A stretch of DNA of 64,000 bases, from the NCBI RefSeq assembly GCF_009914755.1, contig NC_060935.1, one strand, 5' to 3'. Shown here piece after piece: positions 13,150 through 28,318 of the stretch. Positions within the stretch are counted from its first letter, which is position 1, and each line of letters starts with the position of its first letter. Position numbers and translations under genes: made by a program. A model generated the notes under the pieces. That model made no database searches, had not been told where the DNA came from, and was given only the letters and a program-made list of their open reading frames with translations. Source of the stretch: the human T2T-CHM13v2.0 reference genome, Homo sapiens.

Positions 13150-14959
13150 CTAAAAAAAAATACTAGAATCAATTGTGATTAATAATTACATAATATGAAA
13201 TTATAATTCAATTACAACTTTTATCCTGATAGCAAGTCCCCCATATCAATAGATAACAGGAAGGAACAGACTAAAATCTATACAGATCCTTATTAGTGGA
13301 AGAAAAAAAAATCAATGTCAACAGGTCAGTAAGACAATCTACATTTCTCTAAAACCCAAAAATACTTATGTAAAACAATAAATTACACACGTTAAAATTG
13401 CTAGTGTATTTCATTTAACTACAAATCTTGCTAAAACATCTTCTAAGTTAAAATATATATAAGAAAAGCCAGTTTTAAATCACAAAGGAAGAAACAAAAA
13501 CTAATGCTTTTTTGTGTCATTTTCTCCCTAGATAATATATACTTACCCTAACAAATTCCAGGGAGAAAAAAATTCTTAATGTGACATTAATTTTCCATGC
13601 CCAACAATTATGCTCCTACAGAAATAACTCTATTTCATTCCCTCCCTTAATTCTCAGAAGACATCTGGAGTGGTGAGGGTAGCTGGGGAGAGGGATGAGT
13701 TGTGGAAGTGTAGGTAAAAAAAGTGCTTTATGGTCCCATATTTAGGAAACCTAGAAAACATCCAGGTAGTCAAAATGAAAGAACAAAATTTAGTTTACAA
13801 TAAGAAAAATGAAAAATTTCTTCTTGTTTTCTGGATTCCTACTCACTTACCCTCGATTCCAAAATTTGAATAATGGTTTTTTCATAACTCATTTGGTAAC
13901 AATACCTGACTTTAATTAATGGGAGGCTAATATTTCTGTGTAAAAATTCACACATAAGCATTGTCCTACAGAATTATCCACTTGTTTGAGATGCTGACTA
14001 ACATCCTGTTGGATATATTAAGTACGATATGAAATATGCATACCTTTTAAAGTCCATAAATTCTGAATTCTAAAAATGCATCTAAACTAAGGGCTATGGG
14101 TAAGGGACCATCTGCCTGCGACTACCCAGCTTTTATCAAGTACCATGTGTCACGGGAAGTGTTAAGTGATTTATTTTCAAAATCTACAATAACTTTACAG
14201 AGTTGTCTTTTATAGATAAGAAAATTGAGTAATTAAGGCTTAAAATATTGACTTGCCCAATAAAAAGACAAGACAAAATTTGGATCCAGGTCTCTTAATT
14301 CTTAATTATTGCAGGTCACTGTCTCTATTAAAGTAAAGATACATAAAATGGGTGAGAGTTGCATAAGAAATCAAACGAAATAGGAGGAAAAAAGGCATGT
14401 GTTGATCATTAGTAGAATTGGTATGCCACAATATGAATTAAAAGGAAATAAGGGCTGAAGTTATGGCACAGGTGAAAGAAAACGGCAGTGGAAGGGCCCT
14501 GTGATTAGCGATTGGGTTACATAAAGCAAGTCCAAGACTTCAGAGCTCACTGTGCTGACTAGTTAATGTAGGTCTTGTAGGGATGCTATAAGGAGAGAAA
14601 TAAATGAAGATAAAAGTACCATATCTTATGTTAACAACTCATTAGGCAAAAAGGAACGGTAGCCTGAAAAATCAGTGAAAACACTAAATATAAAGGTAGG
14701 TATTTGTCATTGATTCATAATAAATTATGAACAAACTGAAAGCACATAATCTATGTCCAAGGTTTGGAATTAATGTACCATGGAATGTCCAAGCTACTAC
14801 TTTACAATCAGTGTTTCTTATAGGATTTTTACTGCTAACAGTAGTATAAAATATTAAAATTGAAATATTTTTAAATAACATTGTTTAAATATTTGTATTA
14901 TTAAAATTATTTTATTTATAAGTGTGATTCTGTACTTAATTGTTTTATTTACATTGTAA

Positions 14960-15271
<312 letters not shown>

Positions 15272-16257
15272 TGATTTTTAATAACTCTGAAAGCAAACAG
15301 TTTTGTCATCAGTAAATCTCCAAATAAAATATTATCTGCAAAAACCACCCACGATTTAACTATATACTACTGAAGGCTGACCAGAGTCTCTGTATAATAA
15401 AAGTTGTAGCTCTCAGAACGCAAGATACCCAACAGAGATCTGAGCTACCAATCCGATTGTCCACATGTCACTGGATGTCCTTCACTGTGAACTAGATCTC
15501 AGGTTATGAAAAGATGACCTATAGCCAAGAAGATATCAGAATGGAAGGCAAAGAATGTTTGTCCTTGTGTGCCTGAGGGCAAATGTGGCTTGAGTTAATC
15601 TCATAATGCATTCTAAAATAAAATACATATTTTGCCAAATATTCATATCTCTATTCAATTATTTCAAAGCAGATACTGTAAAAGGTAATTACACACAATG
15701 TTTAATATCTCACTGGGTCTCATAGGAAACTGTAAACTTCTCCCTTCTAAGTACCAGTCCAAGGTATCAATATATCTTCGAATGCTAATCTGGTTTTGAA
15801 CGGATAAAACAAAATATTGTTTCTCTCAACCTCTTGGAAATGAAGTCTTTATAAGTCACTGATACTTCTCCAAACTAAGACAGACTTTAACAGTCTTTAA
15901 GCATGTAACCTCATATTTGCAAGGAGGCTTCACAGAATAACATAAAGAATGAATTCAGTATATGTGGTTTGAAAACGTGAATGAAGATCTTAGAATCACA
16001 TTTTAGTATCTTTGCATAAAAAATATCCAGATTCACTAATATTGCCTAGATCACATTGTGGTGATTCATTGTTTTCTCACTGTCTTTTTGTTTTAGAAAA
16101 CATCTCAAAGGGAAGAAATAATACAAGTATTGATATCTACAGCTCTATCGTTCTCCTAAAACATGAATTAAAAGATATGCTTATGGCAATTTTTCAGTTA
16201 AAAAGTTACAGTATAATATGTGTAGTTAAGCACATATTAATATTAAAATAAAAACAT

Positions 16258-16854
<597 letters not shown>

Positions 16855-19204
16855 TTACAATCATTTCATACACATCTATGCTTTAAAATTTATCACAAGC
16901 CTTTGCTATGATAATAATTTTAAGTATTTTGAAATTTTAATTTAACTGTAAACATGAAAATGTTGCTGAATCTATCTAGTTCCTTTGACATAAAGTTTGG
17001 ATCATGTCGACCTTAATATAAATTCTAGAATACACATTCACCTAAGTCTAAGGATAAGAAAAATAAAAAGTGACAATCTGACTGTAACAACAGATCTGGA
17101 GAAATACGTATTTTAATATCCTGGAGAAAATATAACCTTTACCTTCCAATTATTTCTTCAATATGGCATTGGGTTTTTAATGTGCACAAATGACTAATAA
17201 TTTTATAACAGTCCCACAAAATATAAAAAGATATTTGTAACTTGTCATATGTTTGGGAATTAAATGTAAAAATGATGTAACTGCACATTATTTTTAAATA
17301 AATATGAATTTATTCAATATAAAAAATTACAAGCTGCATTTTTTGTTTGTAAAGAAGCGCCTTTTAATAAAAATCAAAAATGATTCCAAAATAGCAACTT
17401 TTCAAAAACTAAATGTGTTAAACCTGAGAAAGTGATCACATAATATGATGTTCTTTAATCATTTTTGTTGTCTTTATTTTAACCCTTTCTTCCCAAGTTC
17501 TTAGTTTCATATTTTCTACTGCATGTTAGACATTTATACCTGAAATTCACTCTAAATTTACTATATCTAAAATTACTATTATCCTATTAATACTTCCAAA
17601 ACTATCTTCTCCTAATTCCCATATATCTGGAAATAGAACCTACATCCTTCTCAGAGACTCAAATCTCTCTGATACCACTTATTTCTCTTGCCAGCATTCA
17701 ATCACCTTTCATTTCTTTCCAACAGGCTTCCCAAAGAAAATGTCTGATCACAGCAATCTCCTATGGATTAACCTTTTGTGTCACCCTGTGAAAAAACACC
17801 CATATTCTTTCTGTCCTATTGCCTATGGCCAAGCACATCTGTTTCAAATTCTTTCTGGCTTTATATTCCATGTTTCTCCTTTTTTTACTCTAATTGAGCT
17901 AAACGAATACTTATCAACTAATACATTTTCTCGTCCCTTCATCTTCACACATGCTAGCCTACTCATTTAGAGTGACTTCCTTTCCATTTCTTAGGTTGAA
18001 TCCCAGTAACTGTTCAAGGCTTATCTTAAAGCCATCATTTCATAAAGATATCCTAATTTTTCTTGCCAAGAAAATTCTCACTCCCCTGAACCCTTAAATT
18101 ATTAGTACGACTCTTATGCTCCTTATTACAGTCTAGCCCTTTATTTTTACATGATTTTTCTATATTAATAAACTGTAAATGTCTTGAGATCAAGAACTAT
18201 TTCTAAATCAGTATTATATATTCCACAGCACCTTACACATAGAAGGTATCAGTTGAATAAATATTATAATATCAATGGAATAGTAAATACTGGAAGAAAA
18301 ATATAGGAGAAAAATATAGGAAGAAAAATATGGGAGAATTAACCTCCTATAAAAATATAGGAGAATAAAAACGTCAAAGGTGGGCAGCTCTTCGAGAATT
18401 TATTTATTCACTCAAGAAATATTTATTTAGTGTCCAAAATACTCCAGAGACTATTATGCTAGGAGCTCATGCAATTTCACAAGTGAAGATTGCTCTAAAT
18501 GTCTGAGAGGAGATCACGCGGAGCACCGAATCTCCCACAATTAATGCAACATCATGACAGTAAACATTTTGACAAATTAAAACTTTAATGCTTTTGCATT
18601 TGTATGAAAGAAAAAAGTGTTTAATTGTATATTTGAATGAAAAATATATTCAATATTAAAAAGAAAGATTCTGGAAGAATATGCAAGTGGAATTTTTATT
18701 AACTTGGATTGAACGTGTGCATTTATCTCAGGTCCCTTAGGCAAACAGAATACTAAAATAACAATTTAGAGATATAAAAATAGATGCCACAATGGCAAAA
18801 ATAACATGGGGAGTGATAAGAATAATAAAGAGATGTCAACACATTTTTGAAAAGTGACAAGTGGATGAGGTAGCCATTTAGGAACTGACTAAACAAAACA
18901 TATGAAACCAAAGTCTCATTGCCTTCAAACAGAGATTACCTTGAGAAGTAAGCCCATCTTTTGATCACAACACTGGAAAAACCCAGGTCTCAGTGTAATA
19001 GGAGGAAGTTAGAGTTGGGGCTCATCATTAAAAAAAAAAAAATCTGTTTGTGTCTGTATATGGGGTAATTTTATCCCCAGATTCACTTTGCTCTGATCAC
19101 CAGCCATGTAACTACTACTCCACAAACCCAAAGACAAGGAGACGTGAAACACAAAGCCTCTATGTATAGAAATAACTGGTCGTGGAAGGCAGGGCTGAGA
19201 TGCC

Positions 19205-20165
19205 AGTCATTTGCTCAATAAATATTTAATGAAAGCACTCTAAGTGTCATCTCAAAATAACACTTCCTAAGTGGAGTTGCACAAATTTCCATCAGAACCT
19301 CCTCTCCAACCCCAACCTTCCCTATCTCAGTTAATGAAATTCCAGTTGCTCGGACCAAAAACTCTGGGGTCAGCCTTGACTTCACTTCCCTTCACATTAT
19401 ATACAATCCATGGAATACATTTTGTTAACTCTAACTTTAAAATATATTCAGAATATGACCACTTCTCACCATTTCCACTATCACCACCCTGGTCAAAATC
19501 ATCATCATACTTCGACTAGATGACTGCAACAGCTCCTAACTGGACCCCCTGTTTCTGCACTTGCTTCCCCTCATCTACTCTTAACACAGCAGCCAGAGTG
19601 ATCCTGTTGAAAAGTAAGCCATATCATGTCATTTCTCCATTCACACTCTCCCACAACTCCTTTATCAATCAAAGTAAAAGCCAAAGGCCTAAATGTTCTG
19701 GATATATGAGCCTGAATTACAGAGTTAAAATCTGGGCTAGGAATATAAACTTGGGACATGAAGCATATGGATGTATCAACAAGATGAGAGAGACTACCAG
19801 AGAAATGTGTACAGCTAGAGAGAAAGAGAGGTTGAAGAAATGAACACTGGTATGTTGTAATACTTAGAGCTTGTGGGGATGATAAGGAACAACAAAAATA
19901 GACTGAGTAAAAATAGCCAGAAAATGTGGAGAAAAACAGGTAAGTGGAAAAAAGTGTTTCAGTAAAGTGAATGATCAGCTGTATTAAGAGCTGCTTATTG
20001 GTCAAACCCATTGAAGAGTGAGAACTGAACAATAACATGGTCACTGCTGAACCTGGACATTTTTAGTAGTGTGCTTAAATCAACAATCAAAAGATGGTTG
20101 ATTTAAGAGAATGAGAGGAAAGGAACTGGATTGCTGAGAGAGGGAGCAGTAGCTAGAAGGGATGT
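19205..20165. mobile_element. L2 fragments in mixed orientation
   Basis: Reversed L2 3' end (gctcaataaatatttaatg) at about 19205-19248. L2 body on + (catctcaaa...cagccagagtgatcct...agtaaaagccaaag) at about 19245-19690. L2 body on - (ggatatatgagcctg...ctgggctaggaatataaacttggga) from about 19695. Confidence 0.7.
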
Positions 20166-20960
20166 GAGTCAGGAAAGAAACTTTCATTGATCATTTCCTT
20201 TTGGTACTTAGGTAAAAACAGGCACCCAAAAATAAGGATTGAATAAATTAAGCTCAATATTCAATAGATTTACCCTAAATACACTAACCTTCTAAAGTTC
20301 ATACTTATCATGTAGACTCTTATTAGACACTAAGGGAATATTTTTATTTCCCTTGGAAAAAAGCCAAACTAGAGCAGTTAGATGATGTTTACATCTCAAG
20401 AAACTCAGATGTCCTATTAATTTTTCATGAACATTAATCATCTTCTCAGGAAATTTTCACCACTTTGCTTCATCTATGGTTAAGATAACATTGTCACCAT
20501 GCTAACCTATCATGTATCCCAGCTGATTTTTGACAAGCAATAAAATTATGAAAACATAGAGCAAAACAATTTTTAAGATTTAAATAGTTGAGAGCAAGAC
20601 CAGAGATCAAAACTGCTGCAGATGTCCTGGTTTCATTTAAACCCACTAAATTAAATAAACAATAGCAACAAAATCTTGCCAGTCTTTGTGAGATCCATAG
20701 CCATTCTTGCCTGGTTTTCTTTGAAAACGGGAAAAACTATTCCTGGAAAAACTCTTCCCAAAGTGACTGGTTAAAAGATTAAAAACACAAAGTAGAAAAA
20801 TGATGGCTAGTGCAGGCATGCTATGTAAAAGTACAGACAATAACAAACTAACAGCTAGACATGCCTCTGACTCATGGAAAAATATGTGAAATCAGGTTAT
20901 TCAAGCTTAAAAACAATGAATCACACAAGTTAGAATACAGATGTCAGGAAAGCATGTTTG

Positions 20961-21329
20961 TGTCAGGCCTCCGAGCCCAAGCCTGCACGTATACATCCAG
21001 ATGGCCTGAAGTAACTGAAGAGTCACAAAAGAAGAGAAAATGGCCGGTTCCTGCCTTTGATGACATTACCTTGTGAAATTCCTTCTCCTGGCCCAAAAGC
21101 TCCCCCACTGAGCACTTTGTGACCCCCATCCCTGCCTGCCAGAGAACAACCCCCTTTAACTGTAATTTTCCATTACCTACACAAATCCTATAAAATGGAC
21201 CCAAACCTATCTCCCTACCTTGGCTCTCTTTTCAGACTCAGCCCATCTGCACCCAGGTGATTAAAAAGCTTTATTGCTTAGCTTAAGCAAAGCCTGTTTG
21301 GTGGTCTTTTCACGCTGACATGAGTGAAA
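20961..21329 (+). promoter_or_regulatory. HERV-H 5' LTR (LTR7 family, short form of about 369 bp)
   Basis: TATAAAA at 21189, ATTAAA at 21260. Aligns to the 3' LTR. Confidence 0.95.
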
Positions 21330-21331
21330 TT

Positions 21332-21349
21332 TGGTGCTGTGATTTGGAT
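21332..21349 (+). other. Primer-binding site for tRNA-His
   Basis: TGGTGCTGTGATTTGGAT versus TGGTGCCGTGACTCGGAT: three C>T changes, two at CpG. Confidence 0.9.
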
Positions 21350-24300
21350 CGGGGGGGACCTCCCTTGGGAGATCAATCCCCTGTCCTCCTGCTCTTTGCT
21401 CCATGAGAAAGATCCACCTACAACCTCTGGTCCTCAGACCAACCAGCCCAAGGAACATCACCAATTTTAAATCGGGTAAGCAGGCTCTTTTTACTCTTCT
21501 CCAGCCTCTCTCACTATCCTTCAACCTCTTTCTCCTTTCAATCTTGGTGCCACCCTTGGGTCTCTCTCTTCTCTTAATTTCTGTTCCTTTCCTTTTCTGG
21601 TAGAGACAGAAGAGATGCATTTTATCCGTGAACCCAAAACTCCGGCACCAGTCACGGACTCGGCAAGACAGTTTTCCCTTGGTGTTTAATCACTGTGGGG
21701 ACACCTGCCTGATTATTCACCCACGTTTCAGAGGTGTCTGATCACCGCAGGGACTCCTGCCTTGATCCTTCACCTTAGTGGCAAGTACCACTTTCCTGAG
21801 GGGGGAGGGCAGGTACCCCCCACCCCTTCTCTCCGTGTCCCTACCCTTTCTTTTCTCTGGGCTTGCCTTCTTCACTATGGGCAAACTTCCACCCTTCATT
21901 CCTCCTTCTTCTCCCTTGGCCTGTGTTCCAAGAACTTAAAGCCTCTTCAACTCACACCTGACCTAAAACCTAAATGCCTTATTTTCTTCTGCAATGCCAC
22001 TTGACCCCAATACAAACTCGACAATAGTTCCAAATAGCCAGAAAACACTCTCAATTTCTCCATTGTACAAGATCTAGAAAATTTTTGTCGTAAAATGGGC
22101 AAATGGTCTGAGGTGCCTGACATCCAGGCATTCTTTTACACATTGGTCCCTCCCTAGTCTCTGTTCCCAATGCGACTCATCCCAAATCCTTCCTTCCCTC
22201 CCACCTGTCCCCTCAGTCCCAACCCCAAGTGTTGCTGAGTCTTTTCAATCTTCCTTTTCTACCGACCCATCTGACTTCTCCCCTCCTCCCAAGACTGCTC
22301 CTCCTCAGGTCACTCCCTGCCAGGCTGAATCAGGCTCCAAATCTTCCTCAGACTCCACTCCCCCACCCTATAATTCTTCTGTCACCTCCCCTGCTCACAC
22401 CCAGTCTGGCTTACAGTTTCGTTCTGTGACTAGCCCTCCCCCACCTGCCCAATAATTTCCTCTTAAAAAGGTGGCTGGAGCTAAAGGCATAGTCAAGGTT
22501 AATGCTCCTTTTTCTTTATCCAACCTCTCCCAAATCAGTTAGCATTTAGGCTCTTTTTCATCAAATATAAAAACCCAGCCCAGTTCATGGCCCATTTGGC
22601 CACAATTCTTAGACCCTTTACCGCCCTAGACCCAGAGGGGCCAGAAGGTCATCTTATTCTCAATATGCATTTTATCACCCAGTCAGCTCCTAACATTAAA
22701 AAAAAGCTTCAAAAATTAGAATCGGGCCCTGAAACCCCACAACAGGAATTAATCAACCTCGCCTTCAAGATGTTCAATAACAGAGGAGTTGCAATTACTT
22801 GCCTGTGCTGTAAGAGAAACCCCAGCCACATTTGCAGCACACAAGAACTTCAAAACGCCTAAGCCACAGCGGTCTGGCATTCCTTAAGGACCTCCTCCCT
22901 CAGGATCTTGCTTCAAGTGCCAGAAATCTGGCCACTGGGCCAAGGAATGCCTGCAGCCCAGGATTCCTCCTAAGCCATGTCCCATCTATGCGGGACCCCG
23001 TTGGAAATCAAACTGTCCAACTTGCCCAGCAGCTACTCCCAGAGCCCCTGGAACTCTGGCCCAAGGCCCTCTGACTGACTCCTTCCCAGGTCTTCTCGGC
23101 TTAGTGACTGAAGACTAATGCTGCCCGATCGCCTCTGAAGCCTCCTGGACCATCACAGACACTTTGGGTAACTCTTACAGTGGAAAGTAAGTCCATCCCC
23201 TTCTTAATCAATACGGAGGCTACCCACTCCACATTACCTTCTTTTCAAGGGCATGTTTCCCTTGCCTCCATAACTGTTGTGGGTATTGACAGCCAGGCTT
23301 CGAAACCTCTTAAAACTCCCCAACTCTGATGCCAACTTGGACAACATTCTTTTATGCACTCCTTTTAAGTTATCCCCACCTGCCCAGCTCCCTTATTAGG
23401 ATGAGACATTTTTACTAAATTATCTGCTTCCCTGACTATTCCTAGGCTATAGCCACACCTCACTGCCACCCTTTTCTCCAGTTCAAAGCCTCCTTTACAT
23501 CCTCCCCTTGTATCTCTCCACCTTAATCCACAAGTATAGGATAACTCTACTCCCTCCTTGGGGACTGATCATGCACCCCTTACCATCCCATTAAAACCTA
23601 ATCACCTTTAACCCACTCAACACCAATATCCCATCCCACAGCAGGCTTTAAAAGGATTAAGGCCTGTAATCACTCGCCTGTTACAGCATGGCCTTTTAAA
23701 GCCTATAAACTCTCCTTACAATTCCCCATTTTACCTGTCCAAAAACCAGACAAGTCTTACAAGTTAGTTCAGGATCTGTGCGTTATCAACCAAATTGTTT
23801 TGCCTATCCACCCCATGGTGCCAAACCCATATACTCTCCTATCTGCAATACCTCCCTCCACAACCCCTCTACAACCCATTATTCTGTTTTGGATCTCAAA
23901 CATGCTTTCTTTACTATTCCTTTGCACCCTTCATCCCAGCCTCTCTTCGTTTTCACTTGGACTGACCCTGACACCCATCAGGCTCAGCAAATTACCTGGG
24001 CTGTACTGCCACAAGGCTTCACGGACAGCCCCCATTACTTCCGTCAAGCCTAAATTTCTTCCTCATCCATTACCTATCTCAGCATAATTCTTCATGAAAA
24101 CACACATGCTCTCCCAGCTGATCATGTCTGGCTAATCTCCCAAACCCCAACCACTTCTACAAAACAACAACTCCTTTCCTTCCTAGGCATGGTTGGCTAC
24201 TTCTGCCTTTGGATACCTACTTTTACCATCCTGACTAAACCATTATATAAACTCACCAAAGCAAATCTAGGTGACCCCATAGATCCTAAATCCTTTCTCC

Positions 24301-26837
24301 ACTCCCCTTTCCATTCCTTAAAAAACATCCCTAAAGCTGCTCCCACACTAGCTCTCCCTAACTCATCCCAACCATTTTTCATTACACACAGCCAAAGTAC
24401 AGGGCTGTGCAGTCAGAATTCTTACACAAGAGCTGGGACCGCACCCTGTAGCCTTTCTGTCCAAACAACTTGACCTTACTGTTTTAGGCTGGCCCCCGCA
24501 TTATTTCAGATACCACACCTGACCCCCATGACTGTATCTCTCTGATCCACCTGACATTCACTCCATTTCCCCATATTTTCTTCTTTCCTCTTCCTCACGC
24601 TGATCACACTTGGTTTATCGATGGCAGTTCCACCAGGCCTAATTGCCACTCATTAGCAAAGGCAGGCTATGCTATAGTATCTTCCACATCTATCCTTGAG
24701 GCTACCGCTCTGTCCCCTCCACTACCTCTCAGCAAGCCAAACTCATTACCTTAACTGGAGCCCTCACTCTTGCAAAGTGACTATGCATCAATATTTATAC
24801 TGACTCTAAATATGCCTTCCATATCCTGCACCACCATGCTGTTATATGGGCAGAAATAAGTTTCCTCACTATGCAAGGTTCCTCCATCATTAATGCCTCT
24901 TTAATAAAAACACTTCTCAAGGCCACTTTACTTCCAAAGGAAGCTGGAGTCATTCACTGCAAGGGTCATCAAAAGGCATCAGATCCCATCCCTCAGGGTA
25001 ATGCTTATGCTGTTAAGGTAGCTAAAAAAGCAGCTAGCATTCCAACTTCTGTTCCTCATGGAAGTTTTTCTCCTTCTCATCAGTCACTCCCACCTACTCC
25101 CCCACTGAAACTTCCAACTATCAATCTCTTCCCAAACAAGGCAAATTGTTCTTGGACCAAGGATCTCCTTCCAGCCTCATAGGCTCATTCTATTCTGTTG
25201 TCATTTCATAACGTCTTTCATGTAGGTTACAAGCTGGTAGCCTGCCTCTTAAAACCTCTCATTTTCTTTCCACCATGGAAATCTATCCTCAAGGAAATCA
25301 ATTCTTAGTGTTCCATCTGCTATTCCACTACTCCTCAGGGATTTTTCAGGCCCCCTCCCTTCCCTACAAGTCAAGCTCGAGAATTTGCCCCTGACCAGGA
25401 CTGGCAAATTGACTTTACTCACATGACCCGAGTCAGGAAACTAAAATACCTCTTGGTCTGGGTAGACACTTTCATTGGATGGATAGAGGCCTTTCCCACA
25501 GGGTCTGAGAAGGTAACCATGGTCATTTCTTCCCTTCCGTCAGACATAATTCCTTGGTTTGGCCTTCCCACCTCTATATAGTCCAATAATGGACCGGCCT
25601 TTATTAGTCAAATCACCCAAGCAGTTTCTCAGGCTCTTGGTATTCAGTGGAACCTTCATACCCCTTACTGTCCTCAATCTTCAGGAAAGGTAAAATGGAC
25701 TAATGGTCTTTTAAAAACACAAATCATCAAGCTCAGCCTCCAACTTAAAAAGGAATGGACAATACTTTTACCACTTGCCCTTCTCAGAATTCTGGCCTGT
25801 CCTCAGGATGCTACAGGGTATAGCCTATTTGAGCTCCTGTATGGATGCTCCTTTTTATTAGGCCCCAGTCTCATTCTAGACACCAGCCCAACTTGAACCG
25901 CACCCCAAAAACTTGTCATCCCTACTATCTTCTGTCTAGTCAAACTCCTATTCATCATTCTCAACTACTCATAAATATCCTGCCCTTGTTTACACTGCCA
26001 GTTTACACTTTTCCTTCAAACCATCATAACTGATATCTCCTGGTTTTACCTCAAACTGCCACCCTTAATTCTCTCTTAAAGAGGATAGATGATCTTTGCT
26101 GACAGGGTACCCTCCAAAACTTTCACCCTGATGAAGTCCTATTCTTTACTTTTATACGCACTGTTATTCTTGTTCCCATTCTTATGCCACACTCTACCTC
26201 TCCCCAACTATCCCCACCACACCATCAATCTCCCTCACTCTCTCCTAGCCATTTCTAATCCTTCTTAAACAATTGCTGGCTTTGCATTTCTCTTTCCTCC
26301 AAAATCGTGGAGGCCTCGACTTACTCACTGCTAAAAAAAGAGGACTCTATTTTTAAATGAAGAGTGTTGTTTTTACCTAAATCAATCTGGCCTGCTGTAT
26401 GACAACATAAAAAAACTCAAGGATAGAGCCCCAAAAACTCTCCAACCAAGCAAGTAATTATGCTGAACCCCCTTGGACACTCTCTAATTGGATGTCCTGG
26501 GTCCTCCCAATTCTTAGTCCTTTAATACTTGTTTTTCTCCTTCTCTTATTTGGACCTTGTGTCTTCTGTTTAGTTTCTCAATTAATACAAAACCATATCC
26601 AGGCCCTCACCAATCATTTTATACGACAAATGTTTCTTCTAACAATCCCACAATATCACCCCTTACCACAAAATCTTCTTTCAGCTTAATCTCTCCCACT
26701 CTAGATTCCCATGCCACCCCTAATCCTGCTTGAAGCAGCCCTGAGAAACATCGCCGATTATCTCTCCATACCACCCCCAAAAATTTTCGCCACCCCAACA
26801 CTTTACCACTATTTTGTTTTATTTTTCTTATTAATAT

Positions 26838-27217
26838 AAGAAGACAGGAATGTCAGGCCTCTCAGCCCAAGACTGCATGTATACATCCAGATGGCCTGAA
26901 GTAACTGAAGAGTCACAGACTAAGTGAAAATGGCCGGTTCCTGCTTTAACTGATGATATTACCTTGTGAAATTCCTTCTCCTGGCTCAGAAGCTCCCCCA
27001 CTGAGCACCTTGTGACCCCCACCCCTGCCCGCCAGAGAACAACCACCTTTGACTGTAATTTTCCATTACCTACACAAATCCTATAAAATGGCCCCACCCC
27101 TGTCTCCCTTCACTGACTCTCTTTTCAGACTCAGCCTGCCTGTACCCAGGTGATTAAAAAGCTTTATTGCTCACACAAAGCCTGTTTGGTGGTCTCTTCA
27201 CAGGGACGCATGTGACA
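26838..27217 (+). promoter_or_regulatory. Polypurine tract (26838-26850) and HERV-H 3' LTR (26851-27217)
   Basis: AAGAAGACAGGAA then TGTCAGG...TGACA. TATAAAA and ATTAAA (27153) retained. Confidence 0.95.
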
Positions 27218-27864
27218 GTTTGTTCCTGAATAAAAATAATAACAGAAGAATAAAGAGGTATTCATGTAAACATCGATTCATTACTTCTATTTAAAAGGCA
27301 GATTCTGCATTATTTCCATAATTGAGAATCCATGAAATTAGTATGAAAATAATGTCTACCTCAGCTAAATATGAAAAGATGCTACATTTTGTAGGAAGCA
27401 CTAGGTTTCTTGCTCTCTTACGTTAGGGCTTTTTCCAATCATCTCTAATTTATACAGGTAAATTAGGTGAGAGCACACCTTAATAAAGGATTTGATTTGG
27501 TAGAAAGTCTTAAATTTGGTAATCACAGAGCACAGCTGGAAAATACTTGCAGACATCCATTACATACTTGAAGAACAAAACGTTACATTCTACACAGGTT
27601 TTAAATCAATAAAGGTGTAAAGCAGGAGAAGAGTCAACAAATGGGTTCCAGCTATTGATTGTATTATTTTGATTACTTTGGTCACTTCAACAGTCTATGC
27701 TTTAGACTTCTCAAATGTAAATAAATTTGTAGTTTGGACAACAGATTTTTAAAGTTCAATTAGTATAGATAAACTAGAGTTTATATGTACCTCAAATTTA
27801 ATTTCTAGTTTTAAAAATGGAGAATTATCTCATAAACGATCTATGTTTTTAAAAGCTACTTAAT

Positions 27865-28318
27865 GGACACTGTGCTGCACTGCTCAGACCCTTTCCCTTC
27901 CCAACCTCTGCCCAACTTCCAGGATCAACACACTCATTCACCATTCTTCCAGCTTCTGAAAAGGTTGCCTGGGAGGGCTCACCACTGAGACCTGCCCCAG
28001 GAATCCACAGAACAAAGCTTCCTTGCCTATGTCTAAGTGCCTCACCATGGAGGTATCTCAAATCCAATGACTGGTCAGTTGGGGGTTACAAAGATTTGGC
28101 CCCCTGACTTCAAGACAGGACACTATAAGCTATCATTTCATCTGCAGAGCTCCTGTCAGATCTTCTGAGACCTCTATGGACCTGTATCACATAGTTCAAG
28201 TTCTGCCTTGCCTTTTTAGTCAATCGTTATTGACTGTTGTCCTAAGCATCCTTCCCAACAAATCTGCTGCATGCAATATGCCTGCCAGCCTGTTTTCAAG
28301 GAAACCTAACCTAAAACG
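27865..28318 (+). mobile_element. ERVL solo LTR, LTR16-like
   Basis: ggacactgtgctgcactgctcagaccc...cccaacaaatctgctgcatgcaa...ggaaacctaacctaaaac resembles the recalled LTR16 consensus. Confidence 0.55.

Larger units (their letters stand above)
20961..27217 (+). mobile_element. HERV-H provirus (6257 bp, common internally deleted form), antisense to NOX4
   Basis: Two LTRs starting TGTCAGGCCTC. 5-bp TSD GTTTG at 20956-20960 and 27218-27222. Gag knuckle CFKCQKSGHWAKEC at 22909-22950. Degenerate protease site FLINTEATHS at 23201. [12 protein letters not shown] and WAVLPQGF, RNase H WFIDGSS and YTDSKYAF, integrase WQIDFTH. Env remnant LQNRGGLDLLTA at 26297. Many stops and frameshifts. Confidence 0.97.

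Noticed and set aside
20942-20948. TGTCAGG just upstream of the 5' LTR as an alternative LTR start
   Set aside because: Only 7 bp. The GTTTG TSD fixes the boundary at 20961.
21400-26800. HERV-H gag/pol/env ORFs as functional proteins
   Set aside because: Multiple stops and frameshifts, protease DTG changed to NTE, no YxDD motif seen after the QGF block, env mostly deleted.
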